Origin: a virus
Virus record (IMG/VR): IMGVR_UViG_3300045125_000158
Location: 1-64,000 of that record
DNA length: 64,000 bases
Strand: one strand, 5' to 3'
Within the stretch, counting starts at the first letter, position 1; every line of letters starts with the position of its first letter. Below are positions 43,257 through 54,028 of this stretch, piece by piece. The notes under the pieces are model-generated. The model ran no database searches. It was not told the DNA's origin and was given only the letters and a program-made list of their open reading frames with translations. The translations under genes were made by a program, and so were the position numbers.

Positions 43257-46200
43257 TATTTATCCTATTTCTATACTGAATATCAAGACTTGGAGTTCGA
43301 GCAAATGTAAAACCCTGCAAATTACCATAGTAATCTATGTAGAAGAAACGCATCAAACCATTTGTCAAAGGATAACCTAAACATTGATATTCAGACAAAG
43401 CAAAGATTGGATTTTTTTGTCAGCAAATATACCCCAATCATCATAATTATAATATGGGAAAATAAAATGATTTCCTTTACCCGCCATATGTGGTATTAAC
43501 TCGTCGGGTATTAAGCCAGAGATAAATACTGGCTTAGTTTCTTCACTATCTGGATCTAAGGCCTGTTGCAAATTTGTTTTTTTATTACCGCTTGTGTTTT
43601 TATCTATAGAATATGTTTTGCCTTCAAATTTTCTCATGAACAACATTCCATCACACAAATATGTAAAATAAACAGTATCAGAATAAATGTCGTAACCAAA
43701 TCCAAGATTACTTATAGAACGATACTCTTGTGACTGCACATTTTTATGTATAAATAAGTTTTGAAGCTCAGAATACCAAGAGTTTCCATTATTACTACTT
43801 TTGCGTTGGTATAAACCACCATTTAAAGCGTAAAGCAAATTCATTTGACCCGATCTGTCTTTATATACAAAAAAATCTACATTTGCAAAACCTCTTTCAA
43901 GGTCATAAAAATCACCCAACACCGTAATTCTTGCATGTCTGGATATCCTTTTTTCTATTCTTTTATTTGTAATTGATAACTCATTAGTTAAATATTTACC
44001 CGTAGTATTGCCTATCGCAACATAACCTAAAGATGCCCTCATCGCTATTCCTGCATCGGAAAAATGATATAGACCATAATGCACTGGTGTATTTTCATCA
44101 ATAACAATTGGTCTTACGTAACCTAAGGATGCATCAGATATATTAAAATTGCTTACATCAATGGGCTTGTGCATAAGATTTCCATTCAAGGTATAAAACA
44201 AATGTATAGTGTTTGTTGCAAAATCACTATAAACGAAATGGATTTTCCAAAAACTTCCTTATAAGAAGTTCTAACAATAGCTTTAAAATCATACCATTTT
44301 ACGCCAAGATTTGTTGACATTAGACATGATATTTCTTTTTCTACATCAGCTGAGGAAACCAGGCCCAGAAAGCCACTGCGGTATGAGTTCCGTCGTTTTT
44401 GCGATTATTTTTTTCTAACGCTCCATCTCTTGCTTTGAGATCTTCATAAAATATATAAATATTTTGCGAGTTATCAAAACATGTACTAACTTTTTGCGTT
44501 GCGATTTTGTGCGCAGTTATATTCATCTTCATATAGATAATCACTACATATTATTTGCAAATTATCAATAAATACGCACGGCCTTTGTCGTAGCTGAAAA
44601 GGCTTGAGCAAAGTATAATCCATATCAACTTTTATTTCAAAGTTGATTTTCTTATAATTATCAATAATATCCTTGCCTTCTGCAAAATCTATACTTATTT
44701 GATCAATTACCTTATTTGCATACGGAAATACTAGTGATATAAAACGCGATTCATCTACTCTGAATTTATCAGTTATTTTTTCATATGTAGAACCGTTAGC
44801 AGAAACAGAATATAAAGCATATGTATTCTTCAAAAGTTAAAGTACCTTTTATTATCAACTGCCCAATGTAAATAGGAGAAACTTGACCTCTTCCATCAAC
44901 ATTAATAGAATTAAAGTTTAATTCATCTATATTTACAAAATAAGCCTTCCAAACCATCAGAAAAAATTATCTTGTTACGTTTCTGCCATTCACTTGCATT
45001 GCTTTCATATAATACAAATTTATATTTTTTGTACTTTTGAAGAAATAGATTTTTGTTCCGGGGAAAAACCAGACAAAACACCAATTTCATTAAGATAAAT
45101 TTCTTTACCTCGAAAATAACCTGGTCTATCACCAAGCAATCTATCGAAACCTGGATCTTCAAGGTTTTTGTCATAAGTATGCATTTGAATTACCAGCTGA
45201 TAAAATTCCATTTGTACCAACCGTAGTTCCGTCTGCAAAATCAACAATAGGCAATTTATTTCCATTAGCATAAAGTCTATTAACATCATATGTAGAGTTA
45301 AGAACATTTTGTAATTGATCAATAACTATTTCATTGTCCAATATTCTATATTTTACAATATTCGTATCGATATCCGTATATGCAATGCAAGCGTATTTGT
45401 TATAGGCATCGGATGCAACTGCAAAGTTTGGAGAAGTAAAAGCTTTCGTACCAACCCAAATGCCCCCATTTTTGCGAATTGGATTATATTGTTGAAATGT
45501 CTCAACATAAATTCTTGTGCGAGTTGACAATTTTTTCTTCTGGAAAAATTTCTGGGGTTCTCATCAAAGCATCTGCAGTTATAGATCCTTTTGTACCTAT
45601 TCCTAGAATAGGATTTTCTCCAGTATTACCTCCTGGAGTAACATCGTTTGTAAAAGAGGGATTGCAAGCTATGTTACTTGGCTTACCATTTACGGCAATA
45701 GAATCAAATTTCGAACCAGTGAGATCTAGTCTTGCTACCCACTCCTGTACTTCATCTATAGAATTATTTGCCGCAATTCTTCCAACAAAAGACTGAAATG
45801 ATTCTAAATTGAATTTATTTTCCAAACTTGCTTTGACAAGATCTAACCTATAATATGATCCAGTATTTTCGCGTAATACAAAATCTAATTTACTTTTATT
45901 TGGATTGTCTAAACTTTTTTGATATCAACAACTGGTGATTTAAACTTTTTTAACGAATTAGCAAGTCTTCTTTCATAACCAAATTTTTCATTATCAGTAT
46001 AAAGTGTATTTATAAATTCATCTACATCAAAATAAAAATCATCAAATAAATTCTTTTTAGCAATTTCAACGTTTATTGTACCGTCTGGATTATAGGCAGG
46101 ACCAACCTCTTTTTTTATTTCTACTAACACTGAATCAAATGTTGCAATATCCCGCACGCTTGCGCGAGGCACTAATACAATAACTTCGTCATTTTTGCTA

Positions 46201-47728
46201 AAATTGCAACTACAAAAACCGCGACTATCAATAAAATAGCAGCCAAGAATGAACGGTTTTCCAATAACTCCGCTTGCTACTTTAGTTTCACATAATCGCT
46301 GTCCTTCAACTTCAAAACTTGATAACTCACTTTCGGCTTGTTTTTTTATATCAAGAAATCTCTGCTCATTAGTCAATTGATATGAAGATTCAGCAATATT
46401 TATAGCACTTATTAATTGATAATCTTTTATAAGATCGTACAAAATAACTTTGTATCTTGTACTATCTTTTGGTAAACGATATTTATATTTTTTATAATTC
46501 CAGGTTTTTACGTAATCATTTGGAGGCAAAATACCAACATCGCCAGTCTGAAATAAATAGAAACGCATGTCGGTTTCTATTCCCTGTCTTAATATTGGCT
46601 TGCCACCAACATATGATACATAAACTGTGTCGCCTGGTTTTAATGTAACTTTTTTGTTTCTTCAACTTGTTTATCAGAATTAAATTCTTTGTACTCACCT
46701 GTAACGTTTATTAGAATAACTTTATCAGTAATATCATCAATACTTCGATTTGTATATGAGTGACTGTCAACACTTTTAATGTTATAAGATGCACTAAATT
46801 TAGTGCCTGAATTATTCAAAACTCTTTCTTGATTGTCCGATCTGAAAAAATTCTTGCGAGGATCTCTGTCAACTGAATAAAATAAGTTTTCTGGTGAATC
46901 AAAAGAATAGTTTTTATAATTAGCACGAATGCCTCCTTCGTAGGTGCGTGGCCAAGCCTTCAGTCTACCTTCTGGATTTCCTAAACTTCCCAACTCATCA
47001 TTTACATTCGTTAAGCCTAATACAATTCTAATCTCGGTATCCGTAAGCTCTGCAGGCAGCTTTTGTAAATCCGAGTGCTTTATATATTTCATCTGGAGTT
47101 TTTTGCAACTTCAGCTCTTTGTGCGTCTGTTATTGCCGATGTTGGTGATTCGAATACAATAGGTTTATAAGTTACGCCCAAAACACCAAGCACATAATCA
47201 GGCAACGTAATCTTTGCATATTGTTGCTTATTGATTGTTACAAAATCAGATGCTTGCAAAACGAAAGATCTATTAATTTTACTTTCGCTTTCGCAAATAT
47301 GATATGTCCAATTTGATTTTATCGGCTCTATATCCCCAATCTTCTGTATGCCCAAAGCATTTACAATCGCAGATCCCGCACCTAGTCCTAAAGTTGATAA
47401 ACCAGATATGCTGCCTTGATCTTGCAGTCTAGTACCTGTTTGTTTACTTGATACACTATACCAAAATTCAACAAAAATTCTATCAGAAGGCAAAAGTCGC
47501 ACATACATGCTTGGAGCTAACGACTCCTCTGCTTGTTTGCAACCAAGATGGTTGGACGTACCTGGCAGGTGAGCCAAATTGATCGATATAACCATTTGCA
47601 ATAAGATCTCGATTGTTATAGGCAGTAACGCTATTAGGCGATAGACTAGCCAAACAACTCAGAGAATTTGCCAATATTCTGTTGGTCGTATTAAAATTGC
47701 TATCAGAATTTGGGGGCGGTAAAGCCAT
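43249..47728 (-). CDS. ~1490-aa hypothetical tail-tip protein; frameshifted (possibly more than one gene)
   Basis: Starts MALPPPNS at 47728. Continuous chain of overlapping ORF pieces. Asp-box-like SSNNGNSW. TGA at 43249 overlaps the next start. Occupies the distal-tail position. Confidence 0.5.
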
Positions 47729-47747
47729 CTGTTCTTACCAATATATT

Positions 47748-50446
47748 TTATTGACGCAATCTTCTTATCGTCTCATTGATGATGTCCTGGCTTATTCTAC
47801 TAAATATATCAACTAATGTTCTCTTTAAACTATCTACATCAACCTGACTTATACCTGCACCAGGAGTTGTAGTTGCTTGTCCGCCAAATTTTGCAACGCC
47901 TGTTGAAGGAAGACCTTCAAACGCTCCAGTGCCCAAAGGTCCTTTACCGAACGAAACAGCAGCAGCACTCATTCCAGCACTAGCACCCTGTGAATAATTC
48001 ATCATATTGGCAACATTTCTCTGCAAAGTATTAGCAGAACTAACACCCATTTTATTTAGAATACCTTGCTCATATGCCCCAGCAGCACCTTCTGTAAAAC
48101 CACCAACACCAAAACGGGCAGATGAAGTTCTGCCCACGCCTATGCCGCCTGTAGTCAACGCTTTCATTCCATCGGTTCTGCCTGCGGCTAAATTGCCTAA
48201 TCCTTGCTCTTGTGTTACCACAATTCTTTGAAATACGCCCGCTCCACTAGCCATAGCATCAATAGCTTTGATATAGCCTTCGCACAAACTTTTGAAATAT
48301 CTGCTTGCTTTTGTGTAGCCTGCACTTGCTTTTGTCTAGAATCGAGAATTTCCATATCAAAATCTCGTATTTGTCCAGCGATTTGCAATCTTCTTTCTTC
48401 AGTTGCAGTTTGTGCTTCCGCTAGTAATTTATTCTTCTCAGCGCCTATTAACATTTCACGATTTTTTTGCAATTGTATCTCATCTGCTAGCATTTGCACA
48501 ACTTGTTGCCTTGCCTCAGCTTGTGCTCGCAATCCCAAACCAGCACTGTCTAATAAAGAAATTTGCGACTCTTGTAAAGAAATTTGCTTGTCTAGCAAAC
48601 TAATTGTTGAATCTAATACGGTAGTGTTTCGCTTTCGTGCTTCGCCTTCTTCTTTTATCGCATCATTAAGGGCTTTTTGATCTTTGGCTAAATCTGCTTC
48701 AGCTTTTTTCGATCACGTTCATCATCTGCCGCAGCAATTCTTTCTAAATCTTTAATAATCATTTGTTGTAACAATTCTTGTTTAGCAAGACTCCTCGAAA
48801 TTTGTTCTTCATTAATTATTTTTGCTTGTGTTACATTCCCGCTTTTATTTATATTTTCAAATATTGCAGAAGCTAAGGCGTCTTGCTCTCGCATAACATT
48901 CATTGTGCGTTCAGTTTGCTGTCTGAAATCTTGGTAGACCTGCACTTGTTTCATAAGAGCATCTGTCTTTTCCTGTCCCATTAATTCTGGCTCAGCACTC
49001 GCTGCAGTATCTTCTGCAGCAGTTGCGGGCGACGACCCTTCGCCTTTTTTAGCCATAGCTTTATTAATGTCACGAGCAGCTAATCCCACATCAATTGCAA
49101 CCGAAGTGGCGGTCCCAAGTCCAGGAAGCGTGCTTGCCGCACCGCTTGCTAATTCCAGACCTGCGCCTACGGTATCTCCCTGCAGATATCTATGCAATGC
49201 AAAGCCAGCACCTGCTATAAGACCTATAATTGGTATTTTTTGCAAAACTCTTACCTAGACCCTTAGCTCCAATCTTGGCAACTTCCTCTGCTGCAAGTTT
49301 TTCACCCCCTTTATCGCGGCCTCGGCAATTCCTTTTTCTCCTGCTTTTGCCGCAGCTTCAGCAGCTTCTTTTGCCGCAGCTTCACCAACGCCTGTTTTGA
49401 ATACTTTACGTAAAGCAAATAAATCTCCAAATTTAGCAATAGCGCCACTTTTGTATCCCAGAATACTACCAATAATGCCGCCTCCAACTCCTAGAGCAGC
49501 AGCACCTGCGTTAGAAATTCCTTGCGTCTGTGTTGCTCCTGAAACGATAGAAGAAATTGTTCCAGAAAATTTTTCCAAATTAGTATTAGTAAGGCCAAGC
49601 ATTTCTTGAAACTTGAATAACTCCTCACCACCAGATTTCAGACCATCTTCAAAGGCTTTCTGCACAGTCTTTTCTTGCATTCTGAATCTGTCCATCTGAT
49701 TTATTTGTTGCTGTTCAGGCCCACCAGCTGCTGTTCTCCGCATTTCTTGAAATCCCTGCAGAAGCGGACTGGCTTGCCTGATAGTCATTTCTCCGGCTTT
49801 AATTCTTGCAAACACTGATCTTTCGAGCTTTTCAAAATCTCCAGCCATAAAAGCATCTTCAAGTTCTTTTGCTATCTTCTGTTAGTTTCTCGATGCCTTC
49901 TCTGAAAGAATTTACAGCTTCTAAATTGTTATTAAAACCCCGCATCATCGTATCTAAAGTTTTGATAAATTCCTGAGGAGCATGATAATCAAAACCTCTT
50001 GCTATACTTTGTGTTAATTTTAAAGATTCATCATAGGTTAATTTATATTTAGATCGCATCGTTTCGATTTGTCGGGTGAAATCATTTAATTTCATACCGT
50101 ATCTGCTATAAGCAGCTGAAACTTGTATTATTTGCGTATTAGTGTCTATTAGTAATTTCTTGGCATTTGCAGTGCTTATATTTGTTGCATTATACATCTG
50201 CCCAAATTTATTTACACCCTCTATAGCTGAATCTATCGCTTTTTTAACTTCACCAATAGCATCACCAAGGGCCTCATACTGTCTGCCCATTTGGCCTATT
50301 TTGCTATTCGCACGCTCAACAGACCTTCCCCATCTATCAATATCTAATTCAGCTTTTTCTATCCCTTCGGATTTAAACTTTACCTTTAGGGCATAATACA
50401 ACTCTCGCAATTCTTCTCTATTCATATTTTGCGGAATATCAGGCAT
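47748..50446 (-). CDS. Tail tape measure protein (~900 aa); frameshifted
   Basis: Follows the tube and chaperone genes. Ala/Gly/Gln-rich and helical, with hydrophobic Gly-rich stretches (AGAAALGVGGGIIGSILG; IPIIGLIAGAGFAL) and coiled-coil segments. Confidence 0.8.
49344..49384 (+). repeat. 17-bp direct repeat CTTTTGCCGCAGCTTCA (2 copies) inside the tape measure gene
   Basis: Copies at 49344-49360 and 49368-49384, encoding EAAAKEAAEAAAKA. Confidence 0.8.
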
Positions 50447-50508
50447 ATAAAGTTCTACCTTTTGATAATATAGCTAATTGTCAAACAAACGCTTATATTT
50501 ACATATAT

Positions 50509-50537
50509 AAAAAAAAGCCGAAATCTTTGTTTCGGCC
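50509..50537 (-). terminator. Rho-independent terminator
   Basis: Minus strand GCCGAAA-CAAAGA-TTTCGGC followed by T8, in the intergenic gap upstream of the tape measure gene. Confidence 0.85.
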
Positions 50538-50627
50538 TATTAAAAAATAAATTTGTATAAATATTATTTATTTATTTGCATATTCAATAGCTTAGCAATT
50601 TCCTCTCGCTTCATTTCTGTTTTTCTG

Positions 50628-51170
50628 TTAAGTTGATCCTGTTCTTTTTTCTTTCTGCACTTGCTCTGTTTGTATTCTATTATATTCTTTTTGTATCTCT
50701 TTAGTATAGGCGATATACAAATCTGGCCAATACTTTTGACCTGGATGATTTGATTCCCACTCTAAAATTACTTTCTCAGCATATTTATCACCCTTTACAA
50801 ATGCTTGCGCATTGTTTTTTACATGTGCCTGTTCCAAAACAAGTTGTTCAAAATATGTATGTGGCTTTTCATCGACGAAATTTATTTTACATACATACCA
50901 AACATAAGGCAAAATATAAGCAAAAAGCACATATGCTAAAATGAAATAAAACACCAGTTCTATTGTTTTGATAAAAATATAAACTAATGGCTCATCTTTG
51001 AATGATGGCTCAATCGATGGCTGTTTTACTGTACGATCAATGCAGAAAGTGCTGTACAAAAAATTTCTAAACAACTCATCTCTGTGATTCATGCTCATAT
51101 GATGCTCCTTGCACAAAGAATATTTTAGCATTATAATTGCAAAAAGCAATACTTTTTGTAAAAAATTCAA
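50628..51170 (-). CDS. Hypothetical membrane protein
   Basis: Intact ORF with a hydrophobic segment LVFYFILAYVLFAYILPYVWYVC. True start may be the internal Met near 51098, after AGGAG. Confidence 0.55.
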   Translation of the reverse strand: MNFLQKVLLFAIIMLKYSLCKEHHMSMNHRDELFRNFLYSTFCIDRTVKQPSIEPSFKDEPLVYIFIKTIELVFYFILAYVLFAYILPYVWYVCKINFVDEKPHTYFEQLVLEQAHVKNNAQAFVKGDKYAEKVILEWESNHPGQKYWPDLYIAYTKEIQKEYNRIQTEQVQKEKRTGST

Positions 51171-51561
51171 AAAACTTCATCCATTTGTACCATAAAATCT
51201 TCCATTATCAAATCAAGATATGCTTTATCAAGTAATACTATATTTTTTATAGATGCTTCAATAGGAAGATTTTTACTATCAACAAAATTCCATTCTTTTG
51301 TTAATTTTCCTATCAACAAAAGCAATAAAATATTTGCATCAATACTTTCTTTATTGAAATTTTCAGACAGACGATGAGCAATTTCAGCATAATCTTTTTG
51401 CAAAGGAAATCTTATAACAATAAAAAATTTTTCTACAAAATTTTCTTCTATATTTTCTGGTTTTTGCCAACATTATCAGTCCATAGATATATTTTAGCTG
51501 CTTCTGTAAATCTATATATATTTATAATAATATCTTTTTGATTATTCAGAACTAATTTCAT
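51167..51561 (-). CDS. Tail-assembly-chaperone-like paralogue (~130 aa); frameshifted
   Basis: ATG at 51561. C-terminus KEWNFVDSKNLPIEASIKNIVLLDKAYLDLI parallels KEWDIVDENERQVPINTESIGNLPSVIANAL of the upstream chaperone. Confidence 0.55.
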
Positions 51562-51562
51562 T

Positions 51563-51792
51563 TTACATACCAATACTCTTTATACCTACAGATGCCAGTT
51601 GTTGTGAAATCTGAAATTTTTTCTTTAGTAGACATATCATAAAGTGCTGGTTAAATTCTGTGTATTTCATATTACGCATATATTCTACAGACCAGCCGTA
51701 TTCAGAAGCTAACACATGTTCTTTGATAGTAGATGATAAAGTTGTTTCGTCAATTGATTTACCAGAATATAAATCTACTACGTCTTGAATCA
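51563..51792 (-). CDS. Tail assembly chaperone, gpT-like frameshift extension
   Basis: EHVLASEYGWSVEYMRNM is typical of gpT-like segments. Begins at the A-run that ends the upstream chaperone. Confidence 0.65.
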
Positions 51793-52228
51793 TTTTTTTG
51801 ATCTTCATCCTCCATAGTCAATGATTTCTCATACCTATCAAGCAAAGCATTTGCAATAACTGATGGCAAATTACCTATACTTTCAGTATTGATAGGCACT
51901 TGCCTTTCGTTCTCATCTACAATATCCCATTCCTTCAAACACGTCTTAAACATGTTATCTTGATACTTGTTGAAGTCTAGACGATTTGTACCCTCTGATG
52001 GACTATAAAACGTTGATGAACGCAGAATATGGCTATTTGATTGCCATGTTGGTATAACCCACTTAGTGGTCAAGCTGTCAATATCCTTATCACCCTTAGC
52101 AATTGCTGCCTTCACTCGTCTTCCTCAACAATTTTATACTGACGTACGCCAAATTTGTTGACTTTTGACTTGAAATATAGTATAATCGTTATAAGATCTT
52201 CTTCTTTAACTAATAGTGATTTTGCCAT
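51790..52228 (-). CDS. Tail assembly chaperone, gpG-like (~145 aa); frameshifted near 52117
   Basis: GGAG then ATG at 52228. Lies between tube and tape measure. CLKEWDIVDEN..VPIN.ESIGNLP motif, acidic tail EDEDQK, then a slippery A-run. Confidence 0.75.
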
Positions 52229-52247
52229 TTATTTCTCCAAATATAAA

Positions 52248-52276
52248 ATCTAGCAACAATACATTTGCTGCTAGAT
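52248..52276 (-). terminator. Hairpin/terminator-like element between the tail tube and chaperone genes
   Basis: Minus strand ATCTAGCAGCA-AATGTAT-TGTTGCTAGAT (11-bp stem with one G.U pair) followed by TTTATATTT. Confidence 0.55.
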
Positions 52277-52286
52277 CTATATCGTC
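52271..52286 (-). promoter_or_regulatory. GACGATAW motif copy
   Basis: GACGATATAGATCTAG, intergenic, upstream of the chaperone gene. Confidence 0.45.
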
Positions 52287-52307
52287 CTAGTTGTAAAAGA
52301 TTCTTTA

Positions 52308-53425
52308 TTAAACGCGAATTGGCGTAAAGTACGCATCGGCTGTAGAACCGCCAAGACCACCAATTCCAGCATCATTGAGAACATCAATATTGCATGCACC
52401 TTTCTCAATCGCTTCATAGGCATTTTGGCAATCACCAAAGGCTATGAATGGCACGTTTGTTTCAACAATTTCATTCGTAACACTTACTTCTTCAATCTTG
52501 AATATACAGCCATGCAAAGCTGTTCCAAAGTAAGTATTATTGCCGCTACCGAATGTGTAGCCAAACTGTATACTGCAGCTACTGCTGTTGCGATCTTGAT
52601 TTTTATATATAAATTCATGGAAAGTTTTGACGGTGAAACCCATCAATTTTATACTACCCTCAACCGTTCTCTTTCTTGCCGTGACATCTTGCGGAGCTAA
52701 TTTGCCATTTAAAGTATAGAAACGATCAACGTTGTTGTTTAAAGTTACATCAAAACTTCTTATATATTGTCCGTTGAAAGTAATTCCACCTTGATCTCTG
52801 CAGAACACGCCAATTCTAAAGTCATTAAAAGTTACAACACGAGCTGGAGAAAGCATATTTAGACGATCAGCTTGATCACCATATGATGCGCCAGAAGTAA
52901 TTGCTTCACGCATGATTGTTTCTGATTGCTGTGGTCTACCTGCGCTCAACAATTCCAAAACGCATTTTTACCGATTCACCATTTGTTACCGAAAGATTGA
53001 GTGTATTTACCACGCAGCGAGGATACTTAAAAGCCATGTTGTCAGTATAACGTATATTTGTATCAAAATCAAACTTTAGACGGCCTTGGTCATCACGGGC
53101 AGATGCAATTTCCCAAAGAGTTTGAGCCAAACTTCTGCAACTATCGCTAGCGGTTCCGCAGTCTTTTGTTGTGTTGTATACTGATTCATGCACAAGAGGG
53201 AAGTCGCCAATCGCCATCTACCGTGCGAGGCATAATAGAATACAAGGTTCTATCCATACGTCCGTCAATAACTTCCTCTGGCCTAATTTCTTGTTTTGCT
53301 GAAATATTGCAGCTCGTTACGCGCAACAAAAATTCTCTCGTAGAAGTAGCAGGAGTAGGATTTATATTATCCAGTACTACACTACCAACAAATCCCATCT
53401 GTGCAGGAATACTAGGTCTTGACAT
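52308..53425 (-). CDS. Tail tube protein (~372 aa, apparently two tube-fold halves); frameshifted
   Basis: AGGAG then ATG. First half RVTSCNISAKQEIRPEEVIDG...PRTVDGD, second half YIRSFDVTLNNNVDRFYTLNG..PQDVTARKRTVEGSIKL. Directly upstream of the chaperone and tape measure genes. Confidence 0.75.
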
Positions 53426-53460
53426 TTTATTTGACTCCTAACTTACAAATTTATATTATA

Positions 53461-53919
53461 TTACGAACAGACGGTTGGAATTATGGTACCATCAGAGAAT
53501 CTACTGTACGTGCCATCCGCAGCAGTCGTTGGCGCGGGCGGATTGCTTATGTTTGTCTTGCATATTAATACGCCAGTCAGCTTGCAAAGCTCTGCCCAAC
53601 CCATTGGCACTTGTACATTTTCCGTATCAAGATAATCATTGATAGAAGTGATGGTGCTATCAGAACGATTCAAAACATGGCTATTTATTGCAACAACGGC
53701 ACCCAAATAACTACTTGAAGCACGGAATATATTATCATTGATTGTATAACTGTTCCAGAATTCACTAATCAAATCGAGCGTTGGATAAATGTCCGTTGAT
53801 AAAACAACCTTATAGACTGCATCGTATAAATAACCTACAGAATCTATATTAGCTGCACGAGAGTTTGAATAATATACTGCAATAGCTGCGTAATCTGCTC
53901 CGCTTATTACATTTGCCAT
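53461..53919 (-). CDS. Hypothetical protein, 152 aa (probably virion-associated)
   Basis: Intact ORF with GAGGAG SD, immediately upstream of the tube gene. Confidence 0.7.
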   Translation of the reverse strand: MANVISGADYAAIAVYYSNSRAANIDSVGYLYDAVYKVVLSTDIYPTLDLISEFWNSYTINDNIFRASSSYLGAVVAINSHVLNRSDSTITSINDYLDTENVQVPMGWAELCKLTGVLICKTNISNPPAPTTAADGTYSRFSDGTIIPTVCS

Positions 53920-54028
53920 GTTTGTTGACTCCTCTTTCTATGCCTTGTACAATATGCAATCACTTTAAAGTATTCATGCAAATTTAAATACTCTCCTTTT
54001 TTTCAACAAACACTTTACAAATCTTTAA

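Noticed and set aside
50456-50484. Sigma70 promoter from the perfect TTGACA (minus strand, 50479-50484) upstream of the tape measure
   Set aside because: No TATAAT-like -10 element at 16-18 nt spacing. The sequence there is AAGGTA, probably the ribosome-binding site.
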